A DNA stretch of 36,972 nucleotides from a bacterium. Lineage in GTDB: Bacteria > Margulisbacteria > WOR-1 > CAVSGV01. Location: positions 1 to 36,972 of the forward strand of contig JBDRDU010000073.1 in NCBI GenBank assembly GCA_043820455.1, given 5' to 3'. A program made the translations under genes and the position numbers. Below the pieces are notes generated by a model that saw only the letters and a list, made by a program, of their open reading frames with translations, did not search any database and had not been told where the DNA came from. This document shows positions 9,572-18,958 of this stretch, in pieces; within the stretch, counting starts at the first letter, position 1; each line of letters starts with the position of its first letter.

Positions 9572-9844
9572 ATGAACAAGCAGGAATTGATCGCTCAAGT
9601 AGCCGCAAAGACAACACAACCCAAAGCCCTATGCTCCAGAATCATTGATACCACGTTCACATTGATGAGTGGTGCGTTGAAAAGGGGCGAAAAGGTCCAA
9701 ATGGTGAATTTCGGCAGCTGGAAAAGATTAAGAAGGAAAGCGCGCGTTGGCAGGAATCCGAAAACGGGACAGCAATTGAATATTCCAGCAAGAAATGTCG
9801 TGAAGTTTTCGGCCGGACAGGAATTATTGAGCTCTATCAACTAG
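9572..9844 (+). CDS. hup: DNA-binding protein HU
   Basis: MNKQELI, FGS, ARVGRNPKTG, IPA..VVKF. Confidence 0.93.
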   Translation: MNKQELIAQVAAKTTQPKALCSRIIDTTFTLMSGALKRGEKVQMVNFGSWKRLRRKARVGRNPKTGQQLNIPARNVVKFSAGQELLSSIN

Positions 9845-9867
9845 GATAATTGGTAGAATATCATAGA

Positions 9868-9911
9868 TAAACCCTCTATGTTCAGATCGTTAAGGAGCAT
9901 AGAGGGTTTTT
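9868..9911 (+). terminator. Intrinsic terminator after HU
   Basis: AAACCCTCTATG...CATAGAGGGTTT stem followed by T tract. Confidence 0.8.
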
Positions 9912-10040
9912 GTTTGGCTTGATGTAGAGTTTTTCGTCATTTGTTGTCTTCCCCGACACTTCACTGTGCTCAGGACAAGCTCTTCAACGGGAGGTCTATC
10001 CCATTTCATATTTGGCAAGATAATTGCTATTAATTCTGAT

Positions 10041-10409
10041 ATGGGAAAAGAAAGTACGACATTGGGGAAGGAAGGAGAGACCATAGCCGTTGACTACTTA
10101 GTAGGACATGGCTACAAGATACTTGACCGCAATTTCCGCTCACAGCAAGGCGAGATAGATATAATTGCGAAAGACGGCGACTTTCTGGTCTTTGTTGAAG
10201 TAAAGACCTATTCAGTCGGGAGTTTCGGGACGCCGCTTGGAGCGGTGAGAAGGTCAAAAAAAGAAAGCATGATCCACGCCGCGCGGACATATTTGCTGAG
10301 GAACAATATTAAGGATACCAACTGCAGGTTCGATGTCCTTGCCATATACAGAAGCTGGAAAGGCCTTGTGAACTTTGACCTGATAAAGGACGCGTTCCAT
10401 GTTAGTTAA
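10041..10409 (+). CDS. yraN: YraN family (UPF0102) nuclease-like protein
   Basis: G..GE..A..YL...GY.IL.RNF, GEIDIIA, LVFVEVKT, RFDV; start trimmed to 10041. Confidence 0.92.
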   Translation: MGKESTTLGKEGETIAVDYLVGHGYKILDRNFRSQQGEIDIIAKDGDFLVFVEVKTYSVGSFGTPLGAVRRSKKESMIHAARTYLLRNNIKDTNCRFDVLAIYRSWKGLVNFDLIKDAFHVS

Positions 10410-11925
10410 GGTGAACAGCGCGGCGATATCCGGGCTGGATGGCTTTATTGTTGAGGTCGAAGTGGATTCGATCAGAGGCCTTCCGGGGCAGTCGATAGTA
10501 GGGCTTCCTGATGCCGCCGTTAAAGAAAGCCGCGACAGGGTCAAATTCGCGATAACGAATTCCAAATTTGAATTCCCGCCAGGCTACTTCACGATAAACC
10601 TGGCCCCTGCTGACATAAGGAAAGAAGGACCCCTTTATGACCTTCCCATAGCCATAGGGATACTTGCGTCATCCGAGCAGATAAAAATAGATAAGCTCAG
10701 TGAAACAGTGATCATGGGGGAACTCTCACTGGACGGGGGGTTGAGGCCAGTTACCGGTGTTCTGCCGATGTGCATGGCTATTTCAGGTAATGGAATCAAA
10801 AGGGTTATTTTGCCGAAAAACAACGCCGATGAGGCTGCCCTTGTGTCAGATGTGGACGTGATATCCTGCGAAAGCCTGCTTGAGGCAGCCAGATATTTGA
10901 ACGGACAAATTACAATAAAACCGCATACAGTAGATATTAAAGCTCTTTTTTCCGCAAAAGTTCCATATGAGATGGATTTCTCCGACGTGAAAGGGCAGGG
11001 GCATGCCAAAAGGGCGCTGGAGGTTGCGGCGGCAGGAGGCCATAACGCCCTTATGGTAGGATCTCCCGGCAGCGGTAAAACAATGCTTGCAAGACGCCTT
11101 CCGACCATACTTCCGCCGCTTTCCATTAAAGAAGCGCTAGACGTTACAAAGCTTTACAGCGTAACGGGGCTTTTGAGCTCAAAGAAAGTTCTCGTGACCG
11201 AGAGGCCTTTCAGGTCGCCTCATCACACCACGTCCGATATCGGGATAATAGGCGGGGGGCGGATCCCGCGTCCCGGGGAAGTGAGCTTGGCGCACATGGG
11301 GATCCTGTTTCTGGACGAGTTCCCTGAATTTGAAAGGGATGTCCTGGAAGTCCTGCGCCAGCCGCTGGAGGACGGCGTTGTTACCATCGCACGGGCAGCA
11401 AGCTCGGTCACTTACCCGGCCGAGTTCATGCTTGTGGCCGCGATGAATCCCTGTCCCTGCGGGAATTATATGGACCCGACAAAAACCTGCACATGCCCTT
11501 CACATAAAGTTCAGCGCTACTGGGGAAAACTTTCAGGCCCTTTAATTGACAGGATAGATATCCATATCGAGGTCCCGAGATTGAAGAAAGAGGAACTATC
11601 AAGCAGGTTGCCGGGCGAACCGTCTGAAATGATCAGGGAAAGAGTGTCACGGGCGCGTGATATCCAGATAAAACGATTTGAAAAAACGTATGTCAGATGC
11701 AACGCAAGAATGCTGCCGAAGCATGTGAAGGAGTTCTGCAAGCTGGACAAAGAAGCTGAAAGCCTGCTTAAATCGGCGATCCTTCAGCTGAAGATGAGCG
11801 GCCGCTGTTATGACCGGATATTGAAAGTTTCAAGGACAATTGCAGACCTGGAGGCTTCAGAAGTAATTAAAGCCTGTCATATTGCCGAGGCGATACAGTA
11901 CAGGTCGATGGATAGAGAAAAATAG
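10399..11925 (+). CDS. comM: YifB/ComM family Mg-chelatase-like AAA+ ATPase
   Basis: VGLPDAAVKES, GSPGSGKTMLA, PFRSPHH, LFLDEFPEF, AMNPCPCG. Confidence 0.93.
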   Translation: MLVKVNSAAISGLDGFIVEVEVDSIRGLPGQSIVGLPDAAVKESRDRVKFAITNSKFEFPPGYFTINLAPADIRKEGPLYDLPIAIGILASSEQIKIDKLSETVIMGELSLDGGLRPVTGVLPMCMAISGNGIKRVILPKNNADEAALVSDVDVISCESLLEAARYLNGQITIKPHTVDIKALFSAKVPYEMDFSDVKGQGHAKRALEVAAAGGHNALMVGSPGSGKTMLARRLPTILPPLSIKEALDVTKLYSVTGLLSSKKVLVTERPFRSPHHTTSDIGIIGGGRIPRPGEVSLAHMGILFLDEFPEFERDVLEVLRQPLEDGVVTIARAASSVTYPAEFMLVAAMNPCPCGNYMDPTKTCTCPSHKVQRYWGKLSGPLIDRIDIHIEVPRLKKEELSSRLPGEPSEMIRERVSRARDIQIKRFEKTYVRCNARMLPKHVKEFCKLDKEAESLLKSAILQLKMSGRCYDRILKVSRTIADLEASEVIKACHIAEAIQYRSMDREK

Positions 11926-11943
11926 AGGATAAGGAGGATAAAA

Positions 11944-12492
11944 ATGAATAAATTGATCAAAGTAAATGATGTTGCCGATAAAATATTTGAATTGAGAGGG
12001 CGGAAAGTCATATTAGACCGGGACATTGCGGGGATTTATGGCGTGGAGCCAAGGAGAATGAGAGAACAGGTAAAAAGGAACATCGAAAGATTTCCAGAAG
12101 ATTTTATGTTCCAGCTTAATGAATATGAAGTTAATAAGGTGGTGACGCAAATTGCGTCACCATCACTAAGTTGGACAGGCGGAATAAAGCCTTACGCATT
12201 TACCCGTAACGGGGTAAATATGCTGGCTACAGTGCTTAGATCCAAGGTCGCAGTGCAGAGGTCCATATTCATAATGCGGGCATTTTCGGTATTGGAAGAA
12301 GCTGTCGGGAAAAATAAGCAGCAACTTCTCTCCAGTCCGCAGGTGATAAAGCAGCTTTCCGTGCATTCAAGGGCGATCATGAGGTTATTTAAGGAAACGA
12401 ATATCAATCAAAAACAGATAGTTATATTAAAAGGCCTGCAAGGGGAACTGGCAAAACTGATCCAGAAGATAATTGTTGCATCGATAAAGTAG
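11944..12492 (+). CDS. ORF6N-domain DNA-binding protein
   Basis: RGRKVILDRDIA.IYGV...VKRNIERFPEDFMFQL...PYAFT..GV.MLATVLRS. Confidence 0.88.
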   Translation: MNKLIKVNDVADKIFELRGRKVILDRDIAGIYGVEPRRMREQVKRNIERFPEDFMFQLNEYEVNKVVTQIASPSLSWTGGIKPYAFTRNGVNMLATVLRSKVAVQRSIFIMRAFSVLEEAVGKNKQQLLSSPQVIKQLSVHSRAIMRLFKETNINQKQIVILKGLQGELAKLIQKIIVASIK

Positions 12493-12530
12493 TATAATAT
12501 TTTATTCATTAAGCTTCTTACCTTTCTTGC

Positions 12531-12558
12531 TTGAAATGATCCCCCTTAGGCGTATAAT
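12531..12558 (+). promoter_or_regulatory. Sigma70 promoter TTGAAA-N16-TATAAT for the small ORF
   Basis: Consensus match; SD-like AAGGCGGTGA follows. Confidence 0.6.
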
Positions 12559-12582
12559 CTCTAAACAAGGCGGTGATATATT

Positions 12583-12687
12583 ATGGGTAAAGGTGATAAT
12601 AGAGACAAAAAAGACTCAAAAAAAGCGCCAAAGAAAACGCTTAAAGAAAAGAGGGCCGAGAAAAGGGCGAAGAAGCAGGGTAATTAA
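12583..12687 (+). CDS. 34-aa Lys/Arg-rich small protein (not in ORF track)
   Basis: MGKGDNRDKKDSKKAPKKTLKEKRAEKRAKKQGN; has its own promoter and SD. Confidence 0.75.
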   Translation: MGKGDNRDKKDSKKAPKKTLKEKRAEKRAKKQGN

Positions 12688-12847
12688 TAGAATGGATTGA
12701 TAGTCCTGGTGGGAGGACGGGGTGGATCGCCCGCATGGACAATAATAGATAGTGCGTTTTAGGGCATAGTGTGCTATACTTCTTTACATAAGAGTCGAGG
12801 TTAATGGTTTCTTAGTTAGATAGTTTTTATTAGATAGCTCGAAATGC

Positions 12848-12876
12848 ACCCAAGATCTCTGGTCTTGGGTTTTTTA
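12848..12876 (+). terminator. Terminator-like hairpin in the 5' leader of the RRM gene
   Basis: ACCCAAGATC-TCT-GGTCTTGGGT followed by TTTTT, between TGCTATACT (12772-12780) and the ATG at 12927. Confidence 0.65.
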
Positions 12877-12926
12877 TAAATGAGTCATTAACTGGAAATA
12901 GAATGTATTGCGAGGTGAAATAAAAT

Positions 12927-13220
12927 ATGGCAAAGAGTTTATTTGTGGGCAACCTTCCGTGGTCAGCGACCGAGGACGAGATAAAAGCCAAGTTCGAGGA
13001 ACATGTGAAGGTTATTGCTGTCAGGCTTATAACGGACAAAATGACAGGCAGAGCCAAAGGTTTTGGTTTTGTTGAAGTCGATGACGCCGAAATGGATAAG
13101 GCTATTACAGCGATGAACGGTCAGAAGATCGGCGATCGAGAGATCGTTGTCAATGAAGCAAAGCCGAGAGGCGAAGGCGGAGACAGACCAAGAAGCGGCG
13201 GATATAACAACAGATTCTAA
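12927..13220 (+). CDS. RRM (RNP) RNA-binding protein with Gly-rich tail
   Basis: RNP2 LFVGNL, RNP1 KGFGFVEV, VNEAKPR. Confidence 0.95.
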   Translation: MAKSLFVGNLPWSATEDEIKAKFEEHVKVIAVRLITDKMTGRAKGFGFVEVDDAEMDKAITAMNGQKIGDREIVVNEAKPRGEGGDRPRSGGYNNRF

Positions 13221-13237
13221 GAATATCTTAGCTCATT

Positions 13238-13278
13238 AAAGAGGGCCTGTTATGCGAAAGCGTAATGGGCTCTTTTTT
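13238..13278 (+). terminator. Intrinsic terminator, possibly bidirectional
   Basis: AAAGAGGGCCTGTTATGC-GAAA-GCGTAATGGGCTCTTTTTT between convergent genes. Confidence 0.8.
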
Positions 13279-13370
13279 ATGCCTATCCTGGTTGAAATTC
13301 AGGAAGACCATTCGTTACATTCAGGGTGACACATGCCGAAGGACTCAGGGTGACAATAATGTCAGGGCGT

Positions 13371-14459
13371 TTATAAAAACCTTTCCTTTCCGATCAATAA
13401 ATTATCAATTCTCTTGTCATTATATAATGAAAGCCAGAAATTTGAATGCTTGAACAACTTTTGTTTTAATGCCGGGATATCTTTTTTGCAAGGATTGAAC
13501 CTATGGATATCCATTATATTCGTAAGCTTCATATTGGCCCCGCCCTTCATCCCGATACCGCCGATAAAGCCTGCGTGTTCGGCACGGCTCATCAATTTTT
13601 TATCCACACTTCCCCATGGCCAGCAGATGTAATCAGCTTTTTTGTTCAATTTGGTTTCGACCAATTCTTTGGTAAACGTCAGCTCGTGCATGATCCTGCT
13701 TTCAGATCCCGCTTCAGCCTCGAAGGCGCTGTTCAGTTTCCCGTGCTTTTTGACGATGTCTTTAAGTTCAATGCTTGCTCCCGGCTTCAGCATGAAATCT
13801 CCTCCGCCGTGCTTTTCCACATAACTTGCAAGCTTTTCTCTTAGTTCTTTATCGTCAAAGTATCTTCGTGCGCAGAGGGAAGGGCCGGTAGGGTAGATCG
13901 GAATTCCGGGCCTTGTGTCGCCATCCGTTGCCCAGCCGAGTTTAGTATTGATCCCTCCGTCGTAGAACGATATTATCCTGTTATCTTCGAAATATGCCGC
14001 GTGAGTGTGGCAATGCGCCTGAATATCGATCAGCCCGCCTTTCTCCATTTCTCTCATCTCTTCCCAGCTGAGAAAGTCATCGAGTCCGCCTTTAGCAAAA
14101 GGAAGGCCCATAAGAAGCTCGAAGTTACCCATAAGTTTTCCGCGTTCTTCCGCTTTGTCCTTAATGAACGCGGTGATGGGGAATATGGTCGCTTTCATGT
14201 TGTATTTTTTAAGTATCGGATAAGCATACAGGAAATTATCGGCGTATCCGTCGTCAAAGGTAATAAGGATAAGCTTTTCAGGGATATCCCATTGCTTGAG
14301 ATGAGCGAAGAATTCGCTCAAATGCAGCGATCTATATCCGGCCTCGGCAAGATATTTTATCTGCATTTCGAAGTTTTGCGGGCTTATTGATATTGAATCT
14401 TCCGGCCCAGGATTTACATGGTGATACATCATTGCGGGGATACAGTTAAAAACGCCCAT
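13371..14459 (-). CDS. Polysaccharide deacetylase (NodB/CE4 family)
   Basis: MYHHV, ITFDDGY, HCHTH, WPWG motifs. Confidence 0.88.
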   Translation of the reverse strand: MGVFNCIPAMMYHHVNPGPEDSISISPQNFEMQIKYLAEAGYRSLHLSEFFAHLKQWDIPEKLILITFDDGYADNFLYAYPILKKYNMKATIFPITAFIKDKAEERGKLMGNFELLMGLPFAKGGLDDFLSWEEMREMEKGGLIDIQAHCHTHAAYFEDNRIISFYDGGINTKLGWATDGDTRPGIPIYPTGPSLCARRYFDDKELREKLASYVEKHGGGDFMLKPGASIELKDIVKKHGKLNSAFEAEAGSESRIMHELTFTKELVETKLNKKADYICWPWGSVDKKLMSRAEHAGFIGGIGMKGGANMKLTNIMDIHRFNPCKKDIPALKQKLFKHSNFWLSLYNDKRIDNLLIGKERFL

Positions 14460-14460
14460 G

Positions 14461-15462
14461 CTAAGCTTTCAGGAAATTCTTGAACTCCGCGTATTCCTGC
14501 CGCGGCAGGGGATGCTTTTTGCCCCATTCCTTGACGAAGCCGCAAACTTCTTCCACTTCGATCTCATTCATTGAGGGGTAGAGCGGGAGCGATACGGCGA
14601 ACCTTTCAAAATGCTCGGTATTCGGGAGTTTCTTGTAATACTGCTTAAAAGCGGGCTGTTTGTGAACGGGCTTGAAGTGCATGCTGCATTCTATTCCGTT
14701 ATCTCCCATGAACCTTACGAAATCATCCCTTTTATCGACAACTGTCTGGAATATATGGTCGGACCTTACCGATGTTCCCAGGGTCTTATTGTAAAGATCT
14801 ACCAGGAGCTTCCTTTTCTTCGCCTCTTCATCTATTCTTTTGAAGTACTCGAGACCGATAGCGGCTTGAATATTGGTCATGTTCATTTTCCAGGCGGGGA
14901 ATTCAATTATATAATCCCATTCCTTGCCCACCCTTGCATGCCATCTGGCTTTCTTGAGCCACTCCGCATAGTCCTTGTTGTTCGTTGCGATCATGCCGCC
15001 TTCGGCCCCGGAGAGGTTCTTTGTCGGGTAGAACGAGTAGCAGGCCAGATCATTCGCTTTTTGGGGCGCATCGCCTCTGTGAAGCGCGTGAGCAGAATCA
15101 TAGATTATGCCCTGTTTTGGACTGTTCGAGGCCAGGGCGTATCTTGATCCGGACCAGGATTCATCCAGCCAGGCAATCTCCCCGCCGGCATGGATCACGG
15201 AGCTTGCAACGGACACAAAGGTCATGGAGGGAATGCTTACTTTTTTCGGGCCAAGGAGTTTCAGGCAAAGGAAAAGGGCGGATGTGCAGGAATTCACCGC
15301 TATTGCATGCTTTGTCCCGACGAAATCCTTGAACTCATCCTCAAATCTTTCGACCAATGCTCCTTGAGTCAAGTGTCCGGACCTTATACAGGATGCAACA
15401 GCTTCTATTTCGCTGTCGGTCCAGGTGCGTTTATAAAAAGGAATTCTTATAGAAGCCGACAT
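14461..15462 (-). CDS. DegT/DnrJ/EryC1/StrS sugar aminotransferase
   Basis: VNSCTSAL, DSAH, SFYPTKNL (PLP lysine), EGGMI, SLPLYP. Confidence 0.92.
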   Translation of the reverse strand: MSASIRIPFYKRTWTDSEIEAVASCIRSGHLTQGALVERFEDEFKDFVGTKHAIAVNSCTSALFLCLKLLGPKKVSIPSMTFVSVASSVIHAGGEIAWLDESWSGSRYALASNSPKQGIIYDSAHALHRGDAPQKANDLACYSFYPTKNLSGAEGGMIATNNKDYAEWLKKARWHARVGKEWDYIIEFPAWKMNMTNIQAAIGLEYFKRIDEEAKKRKLLVDLYNKTLGTSVRSDHIFQTVVDKRDDFVRFMGDNGIECSMHFKPVHKQPAFKQYYKKLPNTEHFERFAVSLPLYPSMNEIEVEEVCGFVKEWGKKHPLPRQEYAEFKNFLKA

Positions 15463-16327
15463 ATTTTTTTATACCCTCTTCAATGGAAGCTTTCGGTTTC
15501 CATCCGAGCTTTTTGATCTTGCCTGCGTTGCAGCAAAGCCTCTGTACTTCTCCGGGACGGGACTTGATGTGAACTATCCTGCTCTTGCTTTTTGAAAGCT
15601 CCTTTATCAGGTGCGCGATCCTGTTCACTTTTATGGTCGTTCCGCTTCCGGCATTGAAAACGCCTTTCCGGCTCACGACCTTAAGATAGGCATTTACCGC
15701 ATCATCTACCCACATATAATCCCTTTCCTGTTCGCCCGATCCGAAGATGTTCAGATCCTTGCCAGCAAGCGCCGCTTTCGTGAAGATCGCAATGACACCT
15801 CCATAACTGTCATCACCCTGGTAAGGGCCGAAAGTATTAAAGTTCCTGAGTATCGATATGTCCAGTCCGTAAGTGTCAATATAAGATTTGCATAATCTGT
15901 CCGCTGCCAGCTTTGAAGCGCCGTAAGGGCTTTGAGCGTCCAGGGGATGGCTTTCATCCATTTTTTTATTCTGTGCCGTTCCGTAGACCTCAGAGGTTGA
16001 AGCAAAAACAAGCTTAACATTGTGTTTCCTGCAAAGTTCAAGTATGGTCAGTGTTCCATTGACATTGATGTCGATAGTTTCCTGTGGACTGTGTATGGAC
16101 CTATCCACGGATATCTGCGCGGCCAGGTGGAAGCAGGCGTCGCATCCTTTGAAGAATTGTACGATATCCTGGGAATACCTGACATCCGCGAATTTTGAAT
16201 CAAAAGGATTTTCGCAGGGATGCATCATATTGTCCAGCGATACCACCTTGTGGCCCAGGCTTTCGAGCTTCCTGCAAAGATGCGATCCGATGAATCCTGC
16301 CCCGCCGGTTACCAGGTAATTAGCCAT
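15431..16327 (-). CDS. NAD-dependent nucleotide-sugar epimerase/dehydratase (extended SDR)
   Basis: TGGAGFIGS, STSEVYG, YGASK, R.FNTFGP. Confidence 0.93.
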   Translation of the reverse strand: MANYLVTGGAGFIGSHLCRKLESLGHKVVSLDNMMHPCENPFDSKFADVRYSQDIVQFFKGCDACFHLAAQISVDRSIHSPQETIDINVNGTLTILELCRKHNVKLVFASTSEVYGTAQNKKMDESHPLDAQSPYGASKLAADRLCKSYIDTYGLDISILRNFNTFGPYQGDDSYGGVIAIFTKAALAGKDLNIFGSGEQERDYMWVDDAVNAYLKVVSRKGVFNAGSGTTIKVNRIAHLIKELSKSKSRIVHIKSRPGEVQRLCCNAGKIKKLGWKPKASIEEGIKKYVGFYKNSFL

Positions 16328-17541
16328 TATTTGTTCTCCTTAAGGACCTTCCTGTAAATATCCTCTATTTTATCAGTTATGATCCTCCAAGTATAATGTT
16401 TTTCCATGAGCTGCCTTCCCCTGCGGCCAAATGCCTTGGCTTCCTCGGCATTCCTGACAAAATACAGCATTTTTTTCGCCAGTTCATCTATATCCTCGGG
16501 ATCGTCAACCAGGAGACCGGTTTCCCTGTCTTTGACTATCTCAGGTATGCCGCCTCGCTTTGATGCTATCAGGGGCAGGCTCATTGCGGAAGCTTCATAA
16601 CATACGGTAGGGGAGGCGTCCATCACTATGGACGGTACCACGACAGCGTTCGCGAGCCCGTAAATGTTCGGTATGTCCGGCCTGTTAATGAATCCGGTGA
16701 ATATGATATTCTCTTTTACCTTTTCCGAAGACCTTTGAAGCTCTTTTATGAAAGGAGTTATCTTGGCCTGCCCGCCGAAAAAACTTGAACCGACGATCAT
16801 CAGTTTTACCCGTCTGATCCCCAGGTTGGCTATCAGGACTTTCGCGGCTTCCAAAAGCTGTCCCGCGCCTTTGTCCTCTGAAAGCCTGCCGATATACATG
16901 AAAATGAAATCGTCTTTATCTATTCCGTATTTTTCCCTCAGTCCGTTAAGGGTGTCCGGGCTTAATTTGGCAGGATCGAATTTATCCGCGTCTATACCGT
17001 GGCTTACAGTATGGCATTTGTCTTTATATTCGGGAAATCTGCTTAAAACCTCCGCCTCAACAGTAAAATCGCTGCAGCCCACGAAACCGTCCACAAGATC
17101 AAGGTATTTTTTGGCCTTTTTCCCGCTCATCTCCATAAGATAGTTGTTGTAATGATGGAGGATGATCTTTACGCTGTTCCCGAGATGTTTTCTCAGTATC
17201 GGCAAGAACCAGGGCCTGTTCATAACCTCGATCAGGTCCGGTTTTACCTCTTTTATCTGGCCGATTATGTCAAAGACATACGGAAAATAATTCAGCGTAG
17301 TAAGGTGCCTCAGATTGATCTTGAATTCTTCCCGTGGAGACTGGCAAATCCTCCGGTGCTCTACATTCCCGACAGTTTCCTTCAACGGAAGATCGTCGAT
17401 CCCATACTCGCAATTCGAGAAGACATAAGGCTTGAATTCCCTGAAAAGAGGGACCGTTTCGGCGACGACAGCTTGAATTCCCCCGCCCCTTATCGGCGGA
17501 ATGGGAAATGAATTCGGCGCTATTATCGCTATTTTTTGCAT
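16327..17541 (-). CDS. Glycosyltransferase family 4
   Basis: GRLSEDKG, VPS....ASPTVCYEA, GGIPEIV. Confidence 0.9.
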   Translation of the reverse strand: MQKIAIIAPNSFPIPPIRGGGIQAVVAETVPLFREFKPYVFSNCEYGIDDLPLKETVGNVEHRRICQSPREEFKINLRHLTTLNYFPYVFDIIGQIKEVKPDLIEVMNRPWFLPILRKHLGNSVKIILHHYNNYLMEMSGKKAKKYLDLVDGFVGCSDFTVEAEVLSRFPEYKDKCHTVSHGIDADKFDPAKLSPDTLNGLREKYGIDKDDFIFMYIGRLSEDKGAGQLLEAAKVLIANLGIRRVKLMIVGSSFFGGQAKITPFIKELQRSSEKVKENIIFTGFINRPDIPNIYGLANAVVVPSIVMDASPTVCYEASAMSLPLIASKRGGIPEIVKDRETGLLVDDPEDIDELAKKMLYFVRNAEEAKAFGRRGRQLMEKHYTWRIITDKIEDIYRKVLKENK

Positions 17542-18713
17542 AAAGATCTTATCAGCCCTTCAACTTCTTTTGTGAATCTTTTTGTTGACCCTTCGGTGCT
17601 CTTGGCCGCGTTGTGGCCGAGCCTCTTAACCAACTTCCTGTCGCTGAGCTTGAGCATCTGTTTTGAAAGGTCCTGCACATCAACGATCGCCCCCTTTACC
17701 AGAAGCTGCCTGTCTTTTCTCGGCTCCCATTTAGCGACCCTGGTCAGGAGCCCGTTGTAGCCGTCCTTTACCCATTCGTTCATCGGCGGAGCTTTGACCG
17801 TGATGACTGGAAGCCCGAGCGAAAGCGATTCTATGAAAGGGATGCCTATCCCTTCCCATTTGCTGGGCAATACGGAAACATGGCATGAACGGCCGAGTTC
17901 GATCAAATCGTTCATGTGCAGGTCTTTTTCTGTTACCCTTATCCTCCCGTTGTCATTTATTATGTCGCGCATCTTCTTTGGGTATTCTTTGATCGGCCTC
18001 TGCGACTTAAGTATAAGGATGATATTTTTGTTATTTTTACAGGCGGACTCGAACGCTTCAACGACAGCAAGCGTGTTCTTTCGCCACCCGGCACCGCCGT
18101 ACCCCGCATTATGGAAGAACCTTATCGGCGGATTAATGCCCGTGCCGGCCGGCTTATAGGTGTCATTATCCACTGCCCAGCGGATGAACCTGAGGTTCTT
18201 GAACCCGTGCTTCTTGAGCAGATCGTACGTGCACCTGACGGGGCACATAAGGACGGTGTTTTTCTTGTATCCGTCGAATTCCTCTTCCTTTATCGTTTCG
18301 TAGTTGATCACGTCCACCGTGGCGACGCCGTTCTTATTGCACCAGTCGAGGACCTTTGGATGTTCCAGCCTGTCCGGGAAGAAAACGACCTTTAATCCTT
18401 CTTTTTTGATCCAGCGGATCACTTTCCAGGGCTTTATCAGTTTTGTGAACACGAGATTTTTATAGCCCCAGTCCGCCTCATCCTTCATGTATTTATTGTA
18501 TGCAAATATGGAGATATCGTGCTTTGCGCTCAAACAGCTGGACAAGAACCTTGATTGGTATGGGACTCCTGTATTGTGCCAGTCCGAGACGATCCCGACC
18601 TTAGGGCCTTTTTTTGAAGGGCTCTTTGAAGTGATCGCTCTTACTTCGATCTCGTTCTTGTAGAAATAGAAAAGAACAGGAAGAAACAGGGCGATCAGGA
18701 TTAACCAGAGCAT
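17529..18713 (-). CDS. GT-B glycosyltransferase (GT4-like) with N-terminal membrane anchor
   Basis: Hydrophobic N-terminus; PSKWEGIGIPFIESLSLGLPVI motif. Confidence 0.85.
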   Translation of the reverse strand: MLWLILIALFLPVLFYFYKNEIEVRAITSKSPSKKGPKVGIVSDWHNTGVPYQSRFLSSCLSAKHDISIFAYNKYMKDEADWGYKNLVFTKLIKPWKVIRWIKKEGLKVVFFPDRLEHPKVLDWCNKNGVATVDVINYETIKEEEFDGYKKNTVLMCPVRCTYDLLKKHGFKNLRFIRWAVDNDTYKPAGTGINPPIRFFHNAGYGGAGWRKNTLAVVEAFESACKNNKNIILILKSQRPIKEYPKKMRDIINDNGRIRVTEKDLHMNDLIELGRSCHVSVLPSKWEGIGIPFIESLSLGLPVITVKAPPMNEWVKDGYNGLLTRVAKWEPRKDRQLLVKGAIVDVQDLSKQMLKLSDRKLVKRLGHNAAKSTEGSTKRFTKEVEGLIRSLCKK

Positions 18714-18772
18714 AATAAGGAATTATAGCACTCAAAGGGAAGATGGGGAATGGGTTAGGGAGTAGATACTGG

Positions 18773-18937
18773 TTTGAAGCCGGAAGTTGGGTTTGGAAGT
18801 TGGCCCAAATTCCAGCTTCAATGCCCAGCGTCAAACCCGCCTCCAAACCCTAATCCAACTTCTAATTGAAAAAACCTTTACGAGGTATTAGAATAGCATT
18901 TGGATGTTGGAATTTGGGGATTGGGATTTGGAGGTTT
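18773..18937. repeat. Heptamer-type inverted-repeat cluster enclosing a promoter
   Basis: ggaagttgggtttggaagttgg; cctccaaaccctaatccaacttctaa versus ttggatgttggaatttggggattgggatttggagg; TTGAAA-N17-TAGAAT at 18866-18894 lies between the arms. Confidence 0.75.
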
Positions 18938-18958
18938 ACCCAAAAGGGGGTGCTTGTT

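Noticed and set aside
10041-12492. Prophage or integrative element at comM
   Set aside because: comM is uninterrupted and there is no integrase, att duplication or structural gene
12703-12742. GC-rich double hairpin after the microprotein as an ncRNA
   Set aside because: Stems are very short, there is no U tract and no recognisable motif
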